NCBI GenBank assembly: GCA_964436715.1
Contig: CAYTEK010000003.1
Location: 1 to 51,871 of the forward strand
Length of the DNA stretch: 51,871 bases
Reading direction: 5' to 3'
Origin: an uncultured Verrucomicrobiota bacterium
GTDB lineage: Bacteria; Verrucomicrobiota; Kiritimatiellia; CAIQIC01; Lenti-01
A program made the translations under genes and the position numbers. Below the pieces are notes generated by a model. The model had not been told where the DNA came from. It saw only the letters and a list, made by a program, of their open reading frames with translations, and searched no databases. This document shows positions 7,302 through 15,741 of this stretch, in pieces. The stretch's first letter is position 1. Every line of letters starts with the position of its first letter.

Positions 7302-8138
7302 CTATTGAATGACGAGGCGCGTGGCCTTCATCAGGGCCTTCCACAGCTTCTCGGGCGTGTCCGCCTCGAAGAGCTTGTCGCGGTTTTCCGCCTTCTGGAA
7401 CACCTGCGAGAGGCCGGCGATCAGCTTGAGATAGAACGCGCTGGCGGCCGTGGGAATCACCATGAAGAACACGATGCGCGTGCCAGCCTTGCCGGCCGGA
7501 TCGAACTTGATGCCCTTGGGCGCGATGCCCAGCGCCAAGGTCAGCGCGCCGCCTTCGATGCAGCGCACGTGGGGAAACGCGATGCCGTTTTCCACGGCGG
7601 TCGTCACGATCGCTTCGCGCTTGAGGGCGGATTCCAGCAGCTTGTCGGCGTTGTCCACGAAGCCTTCGGCGGCCAGCTTCCGGCACATTTCGGCCAGCAC
7701 CGCGTCGCGGTCCGCGCCCTTCAGCGCCGGGATCATCAGCGTTTCGGCGGAAAACCGCTCGATGCCGATCTTGGGCGGATCGCTGCGGCGCGGGGACTTG
7801 CGGGTGTTGCGCGCGCCGGATTCCTGGTAGAACAGCAGGCGGGCGCAGGCGGGACAATGGTAGATCCGTTCGGCGGCGTGCACTTGGTGCACCAGCGACA
7901 CCGGCAGCGTCATGCCGCAGGCGGTGCACACGCCGTTGACCACCGGCACGATGGCCAAGGGATTCTTTTGCAGCAGCCGCGAAAACTGCTGGCCGACGTC
8001 GGCGGGGATTTCCTTGGTGAGCGACGCGATCGAGGCATCCAGCTGGTCGAGCTGGGCGCCCGGCATGCCGGCTTCCTGCTGCGCGCGGGCGATGATGAGT
8101 TCCTGAAGTTGGACGAGAAGATTAATGGTCGGTTGCAT
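7302..8138 (-). CDS. C4 zinc-ribbon (CT398/DUF164-type) fused to a PTS EIIA-type-2 (PtsN/EIIA-Ntr-like) domain
   Basis: The N-terminus has a coiled-coil-like segment followed by VCTACGMTLPVSLVHQVHAAERIYHCPACARLLF (CxxC...CxxC). The C-terminus is an EIIA-2 fold with ENGIAFPHVR (phosphorylatable His region) and IVFFMVIP. Confidence 0.75.
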   Translation of the reverse strand: MQPTINLLVQLQELIIARAQQEAGMPGAQLDQLDASIASLTKEIPADVGQQFSRLLQKNPLAIVPVVNGVCTACGMTLPVSLVHQVHAAERIYHCPACARLLFYQESGARNTRKSPRRSDPPKIGIERFSAETLMIPALKGADRDAVLAEMCRKLAAEGFVDNADKLLESALKREAIVTTAVENGIAFPHVRCIEGGALTLALGIAPKGIKFDPAGKAGTRIVFFMVIPTAASAFYLKLIAGLSQVFQKAENRDKLFEADTPEKLWKALMKATRLVIQ

Positions 8139-8243
8139 GGATTCCTGAATGATGGCTATGGCTCTTGAACAATACGGTCAGCCGTTTTACGCGCAGACTG
8201 CGAAAACGTAAAGGAAAACCGCCCCCGGCCCCGGCGCGACGCT

Positions 8244-8831
8244 TCAGGGCCAAGTGACCATCACCACGTTGCTGCGCTCCTGCACGTTGCGCAGCGAGGA
8301 TCTCGCCAACCCGCTCACCATCAATCCGATGCGCTCGCCGCTGGTCGGTCGCCAACTGCTCAGCGGAGACACTTCGATGTGGTCGCTGTCCGTCAGCACG
8401 GACATCGGCTTGGCGGTCTGCCCGTAGCGCAGCCATTCGAAGGTCGCCGCATACCACGTTCCGTTCAGGTTGACGATGACCCAGGGATTCGCGTTGGCGC
8501 CATCCACCGCCGGCCAGACCTTCGCCTTGTCGTAAGCCAGATGAATCGTCCCGCCGCCGACGCTGGCGCGCAGCGACGCCGTTTGCGCCCAATCCGACAC
8601 GTCCGCGTGCAGCCAGTGGATCGGCCCGGCGATTTCCGCCGGCCAACTCGAAACCGAATCGTCCGCGTCCGAAACCGCGGCGTTGTCTGCGGTCGTCGTC
8701 GCCGCGGTTTCCGCGGTGGCGGTTTCCGCCCCGCCGGCGCTCCACTCGCAACCGGTTCCCGCCCCGGCGAGCGCGATCAGCCACGCTCCCAAGCCCCAGC
8801 GGGCCAGCGTTCGTTTGTCGTTCGTCGTCAT
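8244..8831 (-). CDS. probable secreted/lipoprotein of unknown function (paralog A)
   Basis: Signal peptide ending LIALAGAGTGC, an A/T/D-rich linker, then a conserved domain of about 130 aa (KVWPAVDGANANPWVIVNLNGTWYAATFEWL...SGERIGLMVSGLARSSLRNVQERSNVVMVTW). I do not recognise the family. Confidence 0.6.
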   Translation of the reverse strand: MTTNDKRTLARWGLGAWLIALAGAGTGCEWSAGGAETATAETAATTTADNAAVSDADDSVSSWPAEIAGPIHWLHADVSDWAQTASLRASVGGGTIHLAYDKAKVWPAVDGANANPWVIVNLNGTWYAATFEWLRYGQTAKPMSVLTDSDHIEVSPLSSWRPTSGERIGLMVSGLARSSLRNVQERSNVVMVTWP

Positions 8832-8870
8832 TTTGGCAAAGTACCTTTGCGGGCCAGCGCCGGCAACCGT

Positions 8871-9608
8871 TTATTTCGAATGGTGCAGCCACTTCCGGCG
8901 CTCGGCCGGCGCCAGTCGTTCGATGGCGTAGCGCAGCGCCGTGCGCGGCAGGTGCGCCGCCTGCCGCGTCAAGAACGCCCGCAGCGCGGCGACGTCGCGC
9001 TTGCCGGCTTCGCGCAGCATCCACCCCGTCGCCTTGTGCAGCAGGTCTTCGGGATCGTCGCGCAGGCGTTCGGCCAGCCAGAAAGTGTTGGCCAAATCGC
9101 CTTGGCGGATGTGTTCCAGCGTGGCGACCATCGCGATGCGCCGTTCCCAGAGATTCGGCGAATCCGCCAAGCGCCGCAGGACGCGGCGGCCTTGGCCCGG
9201 CGGCAGATGGCGGCCCACGATGCCCGGCGCGCTGAGGTCCACCAGATCCCAGTTGTTGATGCGCGCCGCGTGCGCCAGGTAGAAATCGAAGACTTCCGCG
9301 CGCGCGGGCGGCGTGCCGCGCGCATAGGCCCGCACCAGCGCCGCCAAGGCGAAAAATCGCGCTTCGTGCACCAACGAGGCCAGCAATTCGCCGGCGACGG
9401 CCAGCGGCACGTCGGAAAAGCGCGCCAGGATCGCGCGCGTTTGTGGAACCTGCAAGCCCCAGAATTCATCGCCGGCGCCGTATTCGCCGGGCCCCGTCTT
9501 GAAAAACCGGCGCAGGTTCGCCGCCTGCGCCGGACAACTGGCGCGCTTCAGTTCCCGCAGGACGGCGGCCGTCGTCGCCGGCCGGGCGGCTGGCGCGCCT
9601 AGCGCCAC
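8871..9608 (-). CDS. DNA alkylation repair protein (AlkD/AlkC-like HEAT-repeat family)
   Basis: LRRFFKTGPGEYGAGDEFWGLQVPQTRAI...NNWDLVD...LWERRIAMVATL...GWMLRE. The start is set at GTG 9608, the only plausible start near the domain N-terminus. It overlaps the upstream lipoprotein gene by 10 nt. Confidence 0.8.
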   Translation of the reverse strand: MALGAPAARPATTAAVLRELKRASCPAQAANLRRFFKTGPGEYGAGDEFWGLQVPQTRAILARFSDVPLAVAGELLASLVHEARFFALAALVRAYARGTPPARAEVFDFYLAHAARINNWDLVDLSAPGIVGRHLPPGQGRRVLRRLADSPNLWERRIAMVATLEHIRQGDLANTFWLAERLRDDPEDLLHKATGWMLREAGKRDVAALRAFLTRQAAHLPRTALRYAIERLAPAERRKWLHHSK

Positions 9609-10240
9609 GTCACCATGTCGACGTTGCTGCGCTCCTGCACGTTGCGCAGGCCGCCGCGCACCAGGCCACTGACCATCAAGCCGATGCGTTCGCCCGAACG
9701 CGGTTCCCACGAACTGAGCGGCGACACCTTGATGTGCCCGCCCCAGCTCTTGCCGCTCATGTCCTTCAAGGTCTGGCCGGCGCGCAGATATTCCCACGTC
9801 GCCGCGTACCATTGGCCGTTGAGGTTCACGAACACCCACGGATTCGCGTTGACGCCGTCCACGGCCGGCCACACCCGGGCCTTGTTGTAGTTCAGGGTGA
9901 CCTTGCCGCCGCTGACGCTCGCGTCCAGACTGGCCGTCACGGCCCAATTCGACACGTCCGTGCCGAGAAAGCGCACGGAGCCGGTGATTTCCGAAGGCCA
10001 CAGGCTGTTGGTGTTCGTCGTGCCGGAATCGCCGCCCGTGTCGCCGCCGGTGGCGTCGGTGCCGCCCGTGGCGACATTCGTGGTCGTTCCCGTGGTGGCC
10101 GTGGTCGTTTCGATGCCTTGCAGCTCGTTCAGCGAGACCGTGCCTTCGTTTTCCATGGAAGAGGTTTCGCAGCCCGCCGCCAACGCCGCCGCCAACAGCG
10201 CAACTCCGCCCATTTTCATCCACGTTTCGATCTTGGCCAT
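9599..10240 (-). CDS. probable lipoprotein of unknown function (paralog B)
   Basis: MAKIETWMKMGGVALLAAALAAGC (lipobox LAAGC), a T/G-rich linker, then the same domain as paralog A (RVWPAVDGVNANPWVFVNLNGQWYAATWEYL...SGERIGLMVSGLVRGGLRNVQERSNVDMVTW). I chose the ATG at 10240, which has GGAGAA 8 nt upstream. Confidence 0.65.
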   Translation of the reverse strand: MAKIETWMKMGGVALLAAALAAGCETSSMENEGTVSLNELQGIETTTATTGTTTNVATGGTDATGGDTGGDSGTTNTNSLWPSEITGSVRFLGTDVSNWAVTASLDASVSGGKVTLNYNKARVWPAVDGVNANPWVFVNLNGQWYAATWEYLRAGQTLKDMSGKSWGGHIKVSPLSSWEPRSGERIGLMVSGLVRGGLRNVQERSNVDMVTWR

Positions 10241-10278
10241 CGCGAATTCTCCAACGCTCACCACGAGCTTATCGCCGG

Positions 10279-10307
10279 TAGATACTTCATGAAGGAAGTT
10301 AACACAA
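10279..10307 (-). promoter_or_regulatory. candidate promoter for lipoprotein B, overlapping a 10-bp palindrome
   Basis: On the minus strand: TTGTGT (10307-10302), a 17-nt spacer, then TATCTA (10284-10279). The spacer contains the perfect palindrome CTTCATGAAG (10285-10294). This is the most AT-rich patch of the left half of the window. Confidence 0.3.
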
Positions 10308-10345
10308 CTATAATTTGCGCGCCGTGCGGAATATTTTCGCGCGGC

Positions 10346-11323
10346 CTAGTCCGGCCAGACGGGCGTCAGCCGTTGCGGGTCGCGCAGATCCGCGTCGAAG
10401 GCGCGGCTCAAGGCGCGCCAAACGGGGCCGGGCCGGCCATCGCCCACGGGGCGGCCCGCGAATTCCGTCACCGCCGCCACGTTCGGCGTGGTGCCGAAAA
10501 TCAGCATTTCCGTGGCCCGTTCCACTTCGGCGCGCGGCACGTCCGCTTCCTCCACGCCCGCGAGCACGCCCGCCGGCACGAGCTGGGCGCGCGCCAGTTC
10601 CAGCACGCGCAGCATCGTCGTGCCCAGCAGGATGTGGTCCGGCTTGGGCACGCGCAGCACGCGGTCCGCCGTCACGATGCCGAAATTTTCGGTGGGCAGT
10701 TCGGTCATGTGGCCGTTCTTGTCGAACCCGAGCATGAAATCCACGCCGGCATCCACCGCCTGCTTTTTCATCAGGACGTTCGGCAGGTAGTTCACGCTCT
10801 TGACCTGCGCGAAGAAGCCGGGCTTGGCCGGCACGGCGCTCACGCCCACCCGGGCGCCTTCCGGATGCGCCGCCATGAACGGCGGCGGGAGCCGGATGGC
10901 CAGCACCAGCAAAAGCGGCTGCGGACAATCGTAGGGATTCGCCGAATGGCTGCCCGGACCGCGCGAAACGAAGATCCGCACCAGCGCGTCGCGCCGGCCG
11001 CCGGCCCGCACCACCGCGCCCACGATCCGCCGCAGGTCCGCGCGGGTCCACGGGAGCGCCAGCGCGATGGCCCGGGCGCCGTTTTCGAGCCGCGCCAAGT
11101 GCGCGTCGAGATTGTACACCGCGCCGGCCACGCACTTGAAGGTCTCGAACAAGCCGTCGCCCCGGTGCACCATGTGGTCGTCCACTGGGATCGTCATCAG
11201 GTTCGGCTCCGTCGTGATGGCGTCCCACCAGCTCGAATACATCGCGTAGTAGTGCGCCTGGTACTCCGGCCGGTGCGTGCGGCAAAACGCCGCGTAATCT
11301 TCGATTCCGAAATCCGTCTTCAT
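10346..11323 (-). CDS. class-IV aminotransferase (branched-chain/D-amino-acid aminotransferase or ADC-lyase family)
   Basis: MKTDFGIEDY...HRGDGLFETFK...AQVKSVNYLPNVLMKKQA...TELPTENFGIV...ILLGTT. The start is moved to ATG 11323 inside the long track ORF 10346..13849. Confidence 0.85.
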   Translation of the reverse strand: MKTDFGIEDYAAFCRTHRPEYQAHYYAMYSSWWDAITTEPNLMTIPVDDHMVHRGDGLFETFKCVAGAVYNLDAHLARLENGARAIALALPWTRADLRRIVGAVVRAGGRRDALVRIFVSRGPGSHSANPYDCPQPLLLVLAIRLPPPFMAAHPEGARVGVSAVPAKPGFFAQVKSVNYLPNVLMKKQAVDAGVDFMLGFDKNGHMTELPTENFGIVTADRVLRVPKPDHILLGTTMLRVLELARAQLVPAGVLAGVEEADVPRAEVERATEMLIFGTTPNVAAVTEFAGRPVGDGRPGPVWRALSRAFDADLRDPQRLTPVWPD

Positions 11324-11337
11324 CCGCCTTCTCCAAA

Positions 11338-12789
11338 TCACTTCCGCTTGTGCGCCGGCGGCAAGCCGAGTTCCTCGCGGTATTTCGCCACGGTGCGCCG
11401 GGCCACCTGCAGCCCCTGCCCCGCCAGCTTGTCGGCGATGGCCTGGTCGGACAGCGGCTTGCGCAGGTCTTCGTGCGCGATGGTCTTCGCCACCGCTTCC
11501 TTGACCGCCTCCGTCGAGATCGCGCCGCCATCCGCCGTCTTCAGGCCGGCCGTGAAAAAGAACTTCAGTTCGAACGTGCCCTGCGGCGTCCGCACGTACT
11601 TGCCCGAAACCGCCCGGCCCACCGTCGTCTCGTGCACGCCCAGCTTTTCCGCCACCGCCCCCATCGTCAGTGGCTTCAGCTTGGAAATCCCGTGGACGAA
11701 GAAATCCCGCTGCGCCGCCGCGATTTCCTCCGCGATGCGCCGGATCGTCGTGCGCCGCTGGTGCAGGCTGTCCATCACGAACTGGCCCGAACGGATTTTC
11801 TCGTTCAGGTATTTCTTCGCTTCCGCGGCCGTTTCGGGATCCGCCAGCATCGCCTCGTACTCGGCGCTGATGTGCAGCCGCGGCAGGCCGTCGCGCAGCA
11901 TCTCCACCGTCGGCGCGCCTTCCGCGGACAGCCGGATTTCCACTTCCGGGGTCACGTACGTCGGCGGCGGCGCCGAAAACTTCAGGCCCGGCTTCGGGTC
12001 CAGGGCGGCGATCAGCTTGAGCGCCGCCGCCGTTTCGGCTTCCGCCAGCCCCGCCGCCCGCGCCAGCTCCGCGGCGCTTTTCTCCCCCAGCGCTTCCAAC
12101 TGGTTCGCGACCAGGCGCGCCGCGGGCGAATCCGCGCCGTGGCCCGCCCGCCGCAGCTGGATCAGCAGGCATTCCTTCAGGTCGCGCGCCGCCACGCCCG
12201 GCGGATCGAATTCCTGCACTTCCGCCAGCGTGGCCCGCACCGTGGCTTCCGCCACGCCCGCTTCGCGCGCGATTTCCGCCACGTCCGCGGCCAGCCAGCC
12301 GTTGTCGTCCACGTTGCCGATGACGTAGGCCCCCGCCTTTTTCTGCTCCTCGGTCAGGCCGGATTCGTTCAGCTGCTCTTCCAGGTGCGCGTGCAGGGAC
12401 GGCGGCGCGGTGATCGAATCCAGGAAGAACTGCCGTTTTTCCTCGTCGGCCGGCGCAGGCGCCGGGGTGCCCGGCGCTTCGTCCAGCGGCCGCGGTTCCA
12501 GCATCTGCTCCAGGGCATCGATCTCCCGCCCGAAATCGTCCGGCTCGAAATCGTTTTCCTGATCCACTTCGTCGCTGGCCCGCGCCGCCAGCGGTTCGGG
12601 CGCCGCGCCCAGCGCCGCGTCGGCGTCGCCCGGCTTTTCCTCCAGCACCGGATTCTGCTCCAGTTCGGCGCGCACCAGATCGCGCAGTTCCGGCAGCGGC
12701 GCCTGCAGGAAGCGCAGCGCCTGCATCATGCGCGGCGCCAGCTTCATTTCCTGGCGCAACGCCTGGTTCTGGAACATGCCTGGTTTCAT
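11338..12789 (-). CDS. rpoN: RNA polymerase sigma-54 factor
   Basis: 483 aa. N-terminal region I is LRQEMKLAPRMMQALRFLQ. The C-terminus has an HTH and the RpoN box: RPLSDQAIADKLAGQGLQVARRTVAKYREELG. Confidence 0.95.
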   Translation of the reverse strand: MKPGMFQNQALRQEMKLAPRMMQALRFLQAPLPELRDLVRAELEQNPVLEEKPGDADAALGAAPEPLAARASDEVDQENDFEPDDFGREIDALEQMLEPRPLDEAPGTPAPAPADEEKRQFFLDSITAPPSLHAHLEEQLNESGLTEEQKKAGAYVIGNVDDNGWLAADVAEIAREAGVAEATVRATLAEVQEFDPPGVAARDLKECLLIQLRRAGHGADSPAARLVANQLEALGEKSAAELARAAGLAEAETAAALKLIAALDPKPGLKFSAPPPTYVTPEVEIRLSAEGAPTVEMLRDGLPRLHISAEYEAMLADPETAAEAKKYLNEKIRSGQFVMDSLHQRRTTIRRIAEEIAAAQRDFFVHGISKLKPLTMGAVAEKLGVHETTVGRAVSGKYVRTPQGTFELKFFFTAGLKTADGGAISTEAVKEAVAKTIAHEDLRKPLSDQAIADKLAGQGLQVARRTVAKYREELGLPPAHKRK

Positions 12790-12801
12790 ATGGGTCCAAC
12801 G

Positions 12802-13908
12802 TCAATCTAGCGGATTGTCCGGGTCCTGCAAAACCGATTCCACCTCTTCGGCGGCGGCCCGTTCGGCGCTCTTGCGGCCCGAAGCCAGCACCTCGTCCAC
12901 GCGGCGCAGGAGCGTGGCCGCGTCCTGCCGTTCCTCCAGGGTGCGCGCCAGCGCGCCGAAGCCGCGGAAGCCCCGCAGATAGCGCACCAGATGCGGCCGC
13001 AGCACGAGGCAGGCCGTCAGTTCCGCGCCCAGCTTCAGTTCCCGCTTGCCGCGCCGGGTCATCAATTCCAGTTCCCGCCGCAGATGTTCGCGGATCGTCG
13101 CGCGGATCTCCTCCGCGTCCGGCAGGCGCGGCGCCCGGCCCGCCGCGAGGTCGCGCACGTCGCGAAACAACCAGGGATTCCCCAGCGCCGCGCGGCCGAC
13201 CATGACGCCGTCCACGCCGGTTTCCGCCGCCAGGCGAAAGACGTCCGCCGCCGTCTTCGCGCCGCCGTTGCCGATCACCGGCACCCGCCGCGCGCGCTTC
13301 ACCTCCGCGATCAAGTTCCAGTCCGACGGCCCCGAATGCCGCACCGCCGCCACGCGGCCATGCAGGAAAACGGCGTCCGCCCCCGCGGCCTCGGCGCCGG
13401 CCGTCGTTTCCATCACGTTGATCGTGTCCGCGCACCAGCCGATGCGCGTCTTCACCGTCACCGGCAGCGCACCCGCCACGGCCGCCTTCACCTGCCGCAC
13501 GATTTCCGCCATCTTCGCCGGATCCCGCATCAGCCCCGCCCCGTCGCCGCGGTTGCGGATCTTCGGCATCGGGCAGCCCGCGTTGACGTCGAGGAAGTCG
13601 AAGCGGCCCAGCGCCGCGATGCGCGCCGCCGCCGCCGCCATCGCCCCCGGTTCCGATCCGTAGATCTGCGCGCCGAGCGGATGCTCCGCGCCCCACGCGT
13701 CCAGGTAATGCTCCGTCCGCGCGTGGTGCCGGACCAAGCCTTGCGCGCTGACCATCTCGGTGACGACCGCGCCGCAGCCCTGTTCGAGGCACAGCGAGCG
13801 GAACGCGCCGTCGGTGAAACCCGCCATGGGCGCGAGGAACACCGGCCACTCCACGCGGAGCGGCCCGATCTGGACGGGCTGGAGGGAAAACTCGGACATG
13901 CGCGCCAT
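12802..13908 (-). CDS. dus: tRNA-dihydrouridine synthase
   Basis: VFLAPMAGFTDGAFRSL...DVNAGCPMPKI...VTVKTRIGW...VIGNGG...VDGVMVGRAALGNPWLF. The start is ATG 13908 (or 13899). Confidence 0.9.
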   Translation of the reverse strand: MARMSEFSLQPVQIGPLRVEWPVFLAPMAGFTDGAFRSLCLEQGCGAVVTEMVSAQGLVRHHARTEHYLDAWGAEHPLGAQIYGSEPGAMAAAAARIAALGRFDFLDVNAGCPMPKIRNRGDGAGLMRDPAKMAEIVRQVKAAVAGALPVTVKTRIGWCADTINVMETTAGAEAAGADAVFLHGRVAAVRHSGPSDWNLIAEVKRARRVPVIGNGGAKTAADVFRLAAETGVDGVMVGRAALGNPWLFRDVRDLAAGRAPRLPDAEEIRATIREHLRRELELMTRRGKRELKLGAELTACLVLRPHLVRYLRGFRGFGALARTLEERQDAATLLRRVDEVLASGRKSAERAAAEEVESVLQDPDNPLD

Positions 13909-13917
13909 CCTACGCAC

Positions 13918-13958
13918 TTTTCCACGGCGTGGAAAAATATTTTCCGCACCGCGGAACA
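13918..13958. repeat. two tandem 22-nt hairpin units of the same family as 5872-5934, intergenic
   Basis: TTTTCCAC-GGC-GTGGAAAA at 13918-13936 and the degenerate TTTTCCGC-ACC-GCGGAA at 13940-13956. The period is 22 nt. The array begins 10 nt upstream of the dus start codon. Confidence 0.85.
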
Positions 13959-14009
13959 ATCCTCGCCGCGCCCCTGCGGCCCGGCGCGGCGGCGGCCCGG
14001 ACGCGCGCC

Positions 14010-14780
14010 CTACAGCACGCCCCGGTAGCGCTCGCGCAGCTTGTCGACGTGGGAGCCGGCCCAGTAGATCTTGCCGCAGGCGGCGCAACGGTAGAAGAGG
14101 TCGAAGTACTTCTTCGTCTTGGGTTCCAGCCGGTCGGCCACGAGTTCCTTCGCCACGGGCTCGATCGGGCCGTTGCAGTCCGCGCAGCGCGAAAACGGCC
14201 GGATCTGGTTGGCCAGGTCGAACCGGCGCACCACCTCGTCCACCTGGCGCCGCGGCCAGACCGACCGCACCCAATAGCCGTGGGTGATCGCCTTTGCGTG
14301 CAGCAGCCGCCGGTCGCGGGTGAGCACGATCCGTCCCTGCGCCTCGGAAATCGCTGCGATTTCGTCGTCGGCGTACGCGTTCGAAAACAGCGCGTCGAAC
14401 CCCAACAGGCGCAGCATCCGCGCCAGCCGGCCGAGGTTCACGTCCACCACGAAGGCGACCCGGCGCAGCGGCCGCTCCCGCAGCTTCACGATCGGCGAGA
14501 CGTCCAGGCTTTCGAACTTCGGATAGACCGCGACGCGGTCGCCGTCCCGCAGCCGATAGTCGAAGCCGACGGACGCGCCGTTGACGACGATCAGGTCCAC
14601 CTCCACGTGCGGCACGCCGAGCGCCTCGATGGGATCCTTGATGCCCGGATGGCCGTCGAACCGGTACGGCACCGTTTGGTAACGCTGCTCCGGCCGGAGG
14701 AAGTCGTTCAACTCCTCGTAGAAGCGGAATTCCGCCGCCTGCAGGAAGATGCGCCGGGATTTTCGTTTCGGATGCTTCAT
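14010..14780 (-). CDS. Mut7-C RNase domain protein (beta-grasp N-terminus, PIN-like core, C-terminal zinc ribbon)
   Basis: FVVDVNLGRLARMLRLLGFD...RIVLTRDRRLL...RCADCNGPI...FYRCAACGKIYWAGSH. The start is moved to ATG 14780. Confidence 0.75.
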   Translation of the reverse strand: MKHPKRKSRRIFLQAAEFRFYEELNDFLRPEQRYQTVPYRFDGHPGIKDPIEALGVPHVEVDLIVVNGASVGFDYRLRDGDRVAVYPKFESLDVSPIVKLRERPLRRVAFVVDVNLGRLARMLRLLGFDALFSNAYADDEIAAISEAQGRIVLTRDRRLLHAKAITHGYWVRSVWPRRQVDEVVRRFDLANQIRPFSRCADCNGPIEPVAKELVADRLEPKTKKYFDLFYRCAACGKIYWAGSHVDKLRERYRGVL

Positions 14781-14844
14781 GGGCGACGATTTCCTCCGCG
14801 GGCGCAAGCGGCGCCGGACCGCATGGGAAACGCGGACCGGGGCT

Positions 14845-15546
14845 TCAGCGGTCGGCGGCGGCGGGCTCCACGAGCTGGGCCTTGTGGGGCTCGGCATCGG
14901 GGAACGCGACGCGGACGGCTTGGGCGCCGAAGCCCTTGGCGAGCATTTCCATCGTTTGGCGCGCGGACGTCTGCACTTCCGAACGGAGGCGGCGGGCCAG
15001 GTTCTGCGCAAGCTGCTCGGCCTGCGCCTTGGCTTCCTCCATCAGCTTGTTGCGATCTTCCTCGTTGAAGCCGCCGCCGAGGATCTTGTTGATCACGTCG
15101 GGCAGGATGATGGGCAGGAGCTTGCCGCCCTGCTCGTCGTAGAAGGTCACGTCGCGCACGTGGACGACGTAGTCGCAGCGCGGCATCTGCAGGCGGTAGC
15201 GGCCGGGGGCCTCCTCCTGGACCGCGAAGGCGGGATCGCGCAGGTCGTATTGGAAATCGATGTCGAACTCGAAGATCATCGCCATCTTCTTCGAGGTGAT
15301 GAGCCATTCGAGGTAGCGCTTGCCGAGGTCGCCGAGCGAATGGTCGCGGGCCGTGACGATTTCCTTGGTGACCGCCTTGAAGACGGACAGCACGCCGATG
15401 GCCTTCAGTTCCTCGATGGCCGCCGTCGCGCGGAGGGTCGGTCCGGAGACCGCGCCCGGACGGCGGAACAGCAGCCACAGGCAACCCGCGGCCAAGGCGC
15501 CGCACAACAGGCTCAGCAAAACGATGGTCAAGGCTTGGCTGATCAT
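14845..15546 (-). CDS. DUF4230-like membrane-anchored protein
   Basis: A single N-terminal TM (ISQALTIVLLSLLCGALAAGCLWLLF), then GVLSVFKAVTKEIV...KMAMIFEFDIDFQYDL, typical of DUF4230 as I remember it. The start is ATG 15546. Confidence 0.6.
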   Translation of the reverse strand: MISQALTIVLLSLLCGALAAGCLWLLFRRPGAVSGPTLRATAAIEELKAIGVLSVFKAVTKEIVTARDHSLGDLGKRYLEWLITSKKMAMIFEFDIDFQYDLRDPAFAVQEEAPGRYRLQMPRCDYVVHVRDVTFYDEQGGKLLPIILPDVINKILGGGFNEEDRNKLMEEAKAQAEQLAQNLARRLRSEVQTSARQTMEMLAKGFGAQAVRVAFPDAEPHKAQLVEPAAADR

Positions 15547-15626
15547 TCCGGTTCCTCGCGTTCTGTCGGCAATCCTAACATGGCCGGGCCGGGCATTCAA
15601 CGCCGCCGGGAGGCGGGAACGGCCGC

Positions 15627-15652
15627 GGCCACCTTTTTATAAAAAGGTGGCC
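15627..15652. promoter_or_regulatory. perfect 26-nt palindrome in a divergent intergenic region (candidate operator)
   Basis: GGCCACCTTTTTA|TAAAAAGGTGGCC has no mismatch. It lies between DUF4230 (-) and the VTC gene (+), about 90 nt upstream of the VTC ATG. The AT-rich core is unique in its neighbourhood. Confidence 0.45.
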
Positions 15653-15741
15653 GGGGCGCCGGGGCGGTTTCCGGGCGAAAACGCGGCCCCGGCGCCGCGC
15701 TTGCGCTTGCATTCAAGCCGGGTTCCGCCCATGATTTGCGC

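Noticed and set aside
8183-8208. The hairpin CGTTTT(A)CGC-gcagact-GCGAAAACG, between lipoprotein A and the PtsN-fusion gene, considered as a terminator.
   Set aside because: No U-tract follows it on the minus strand and the stem has a bulge. The evidence is insufficient to call either a terminator or an operator.
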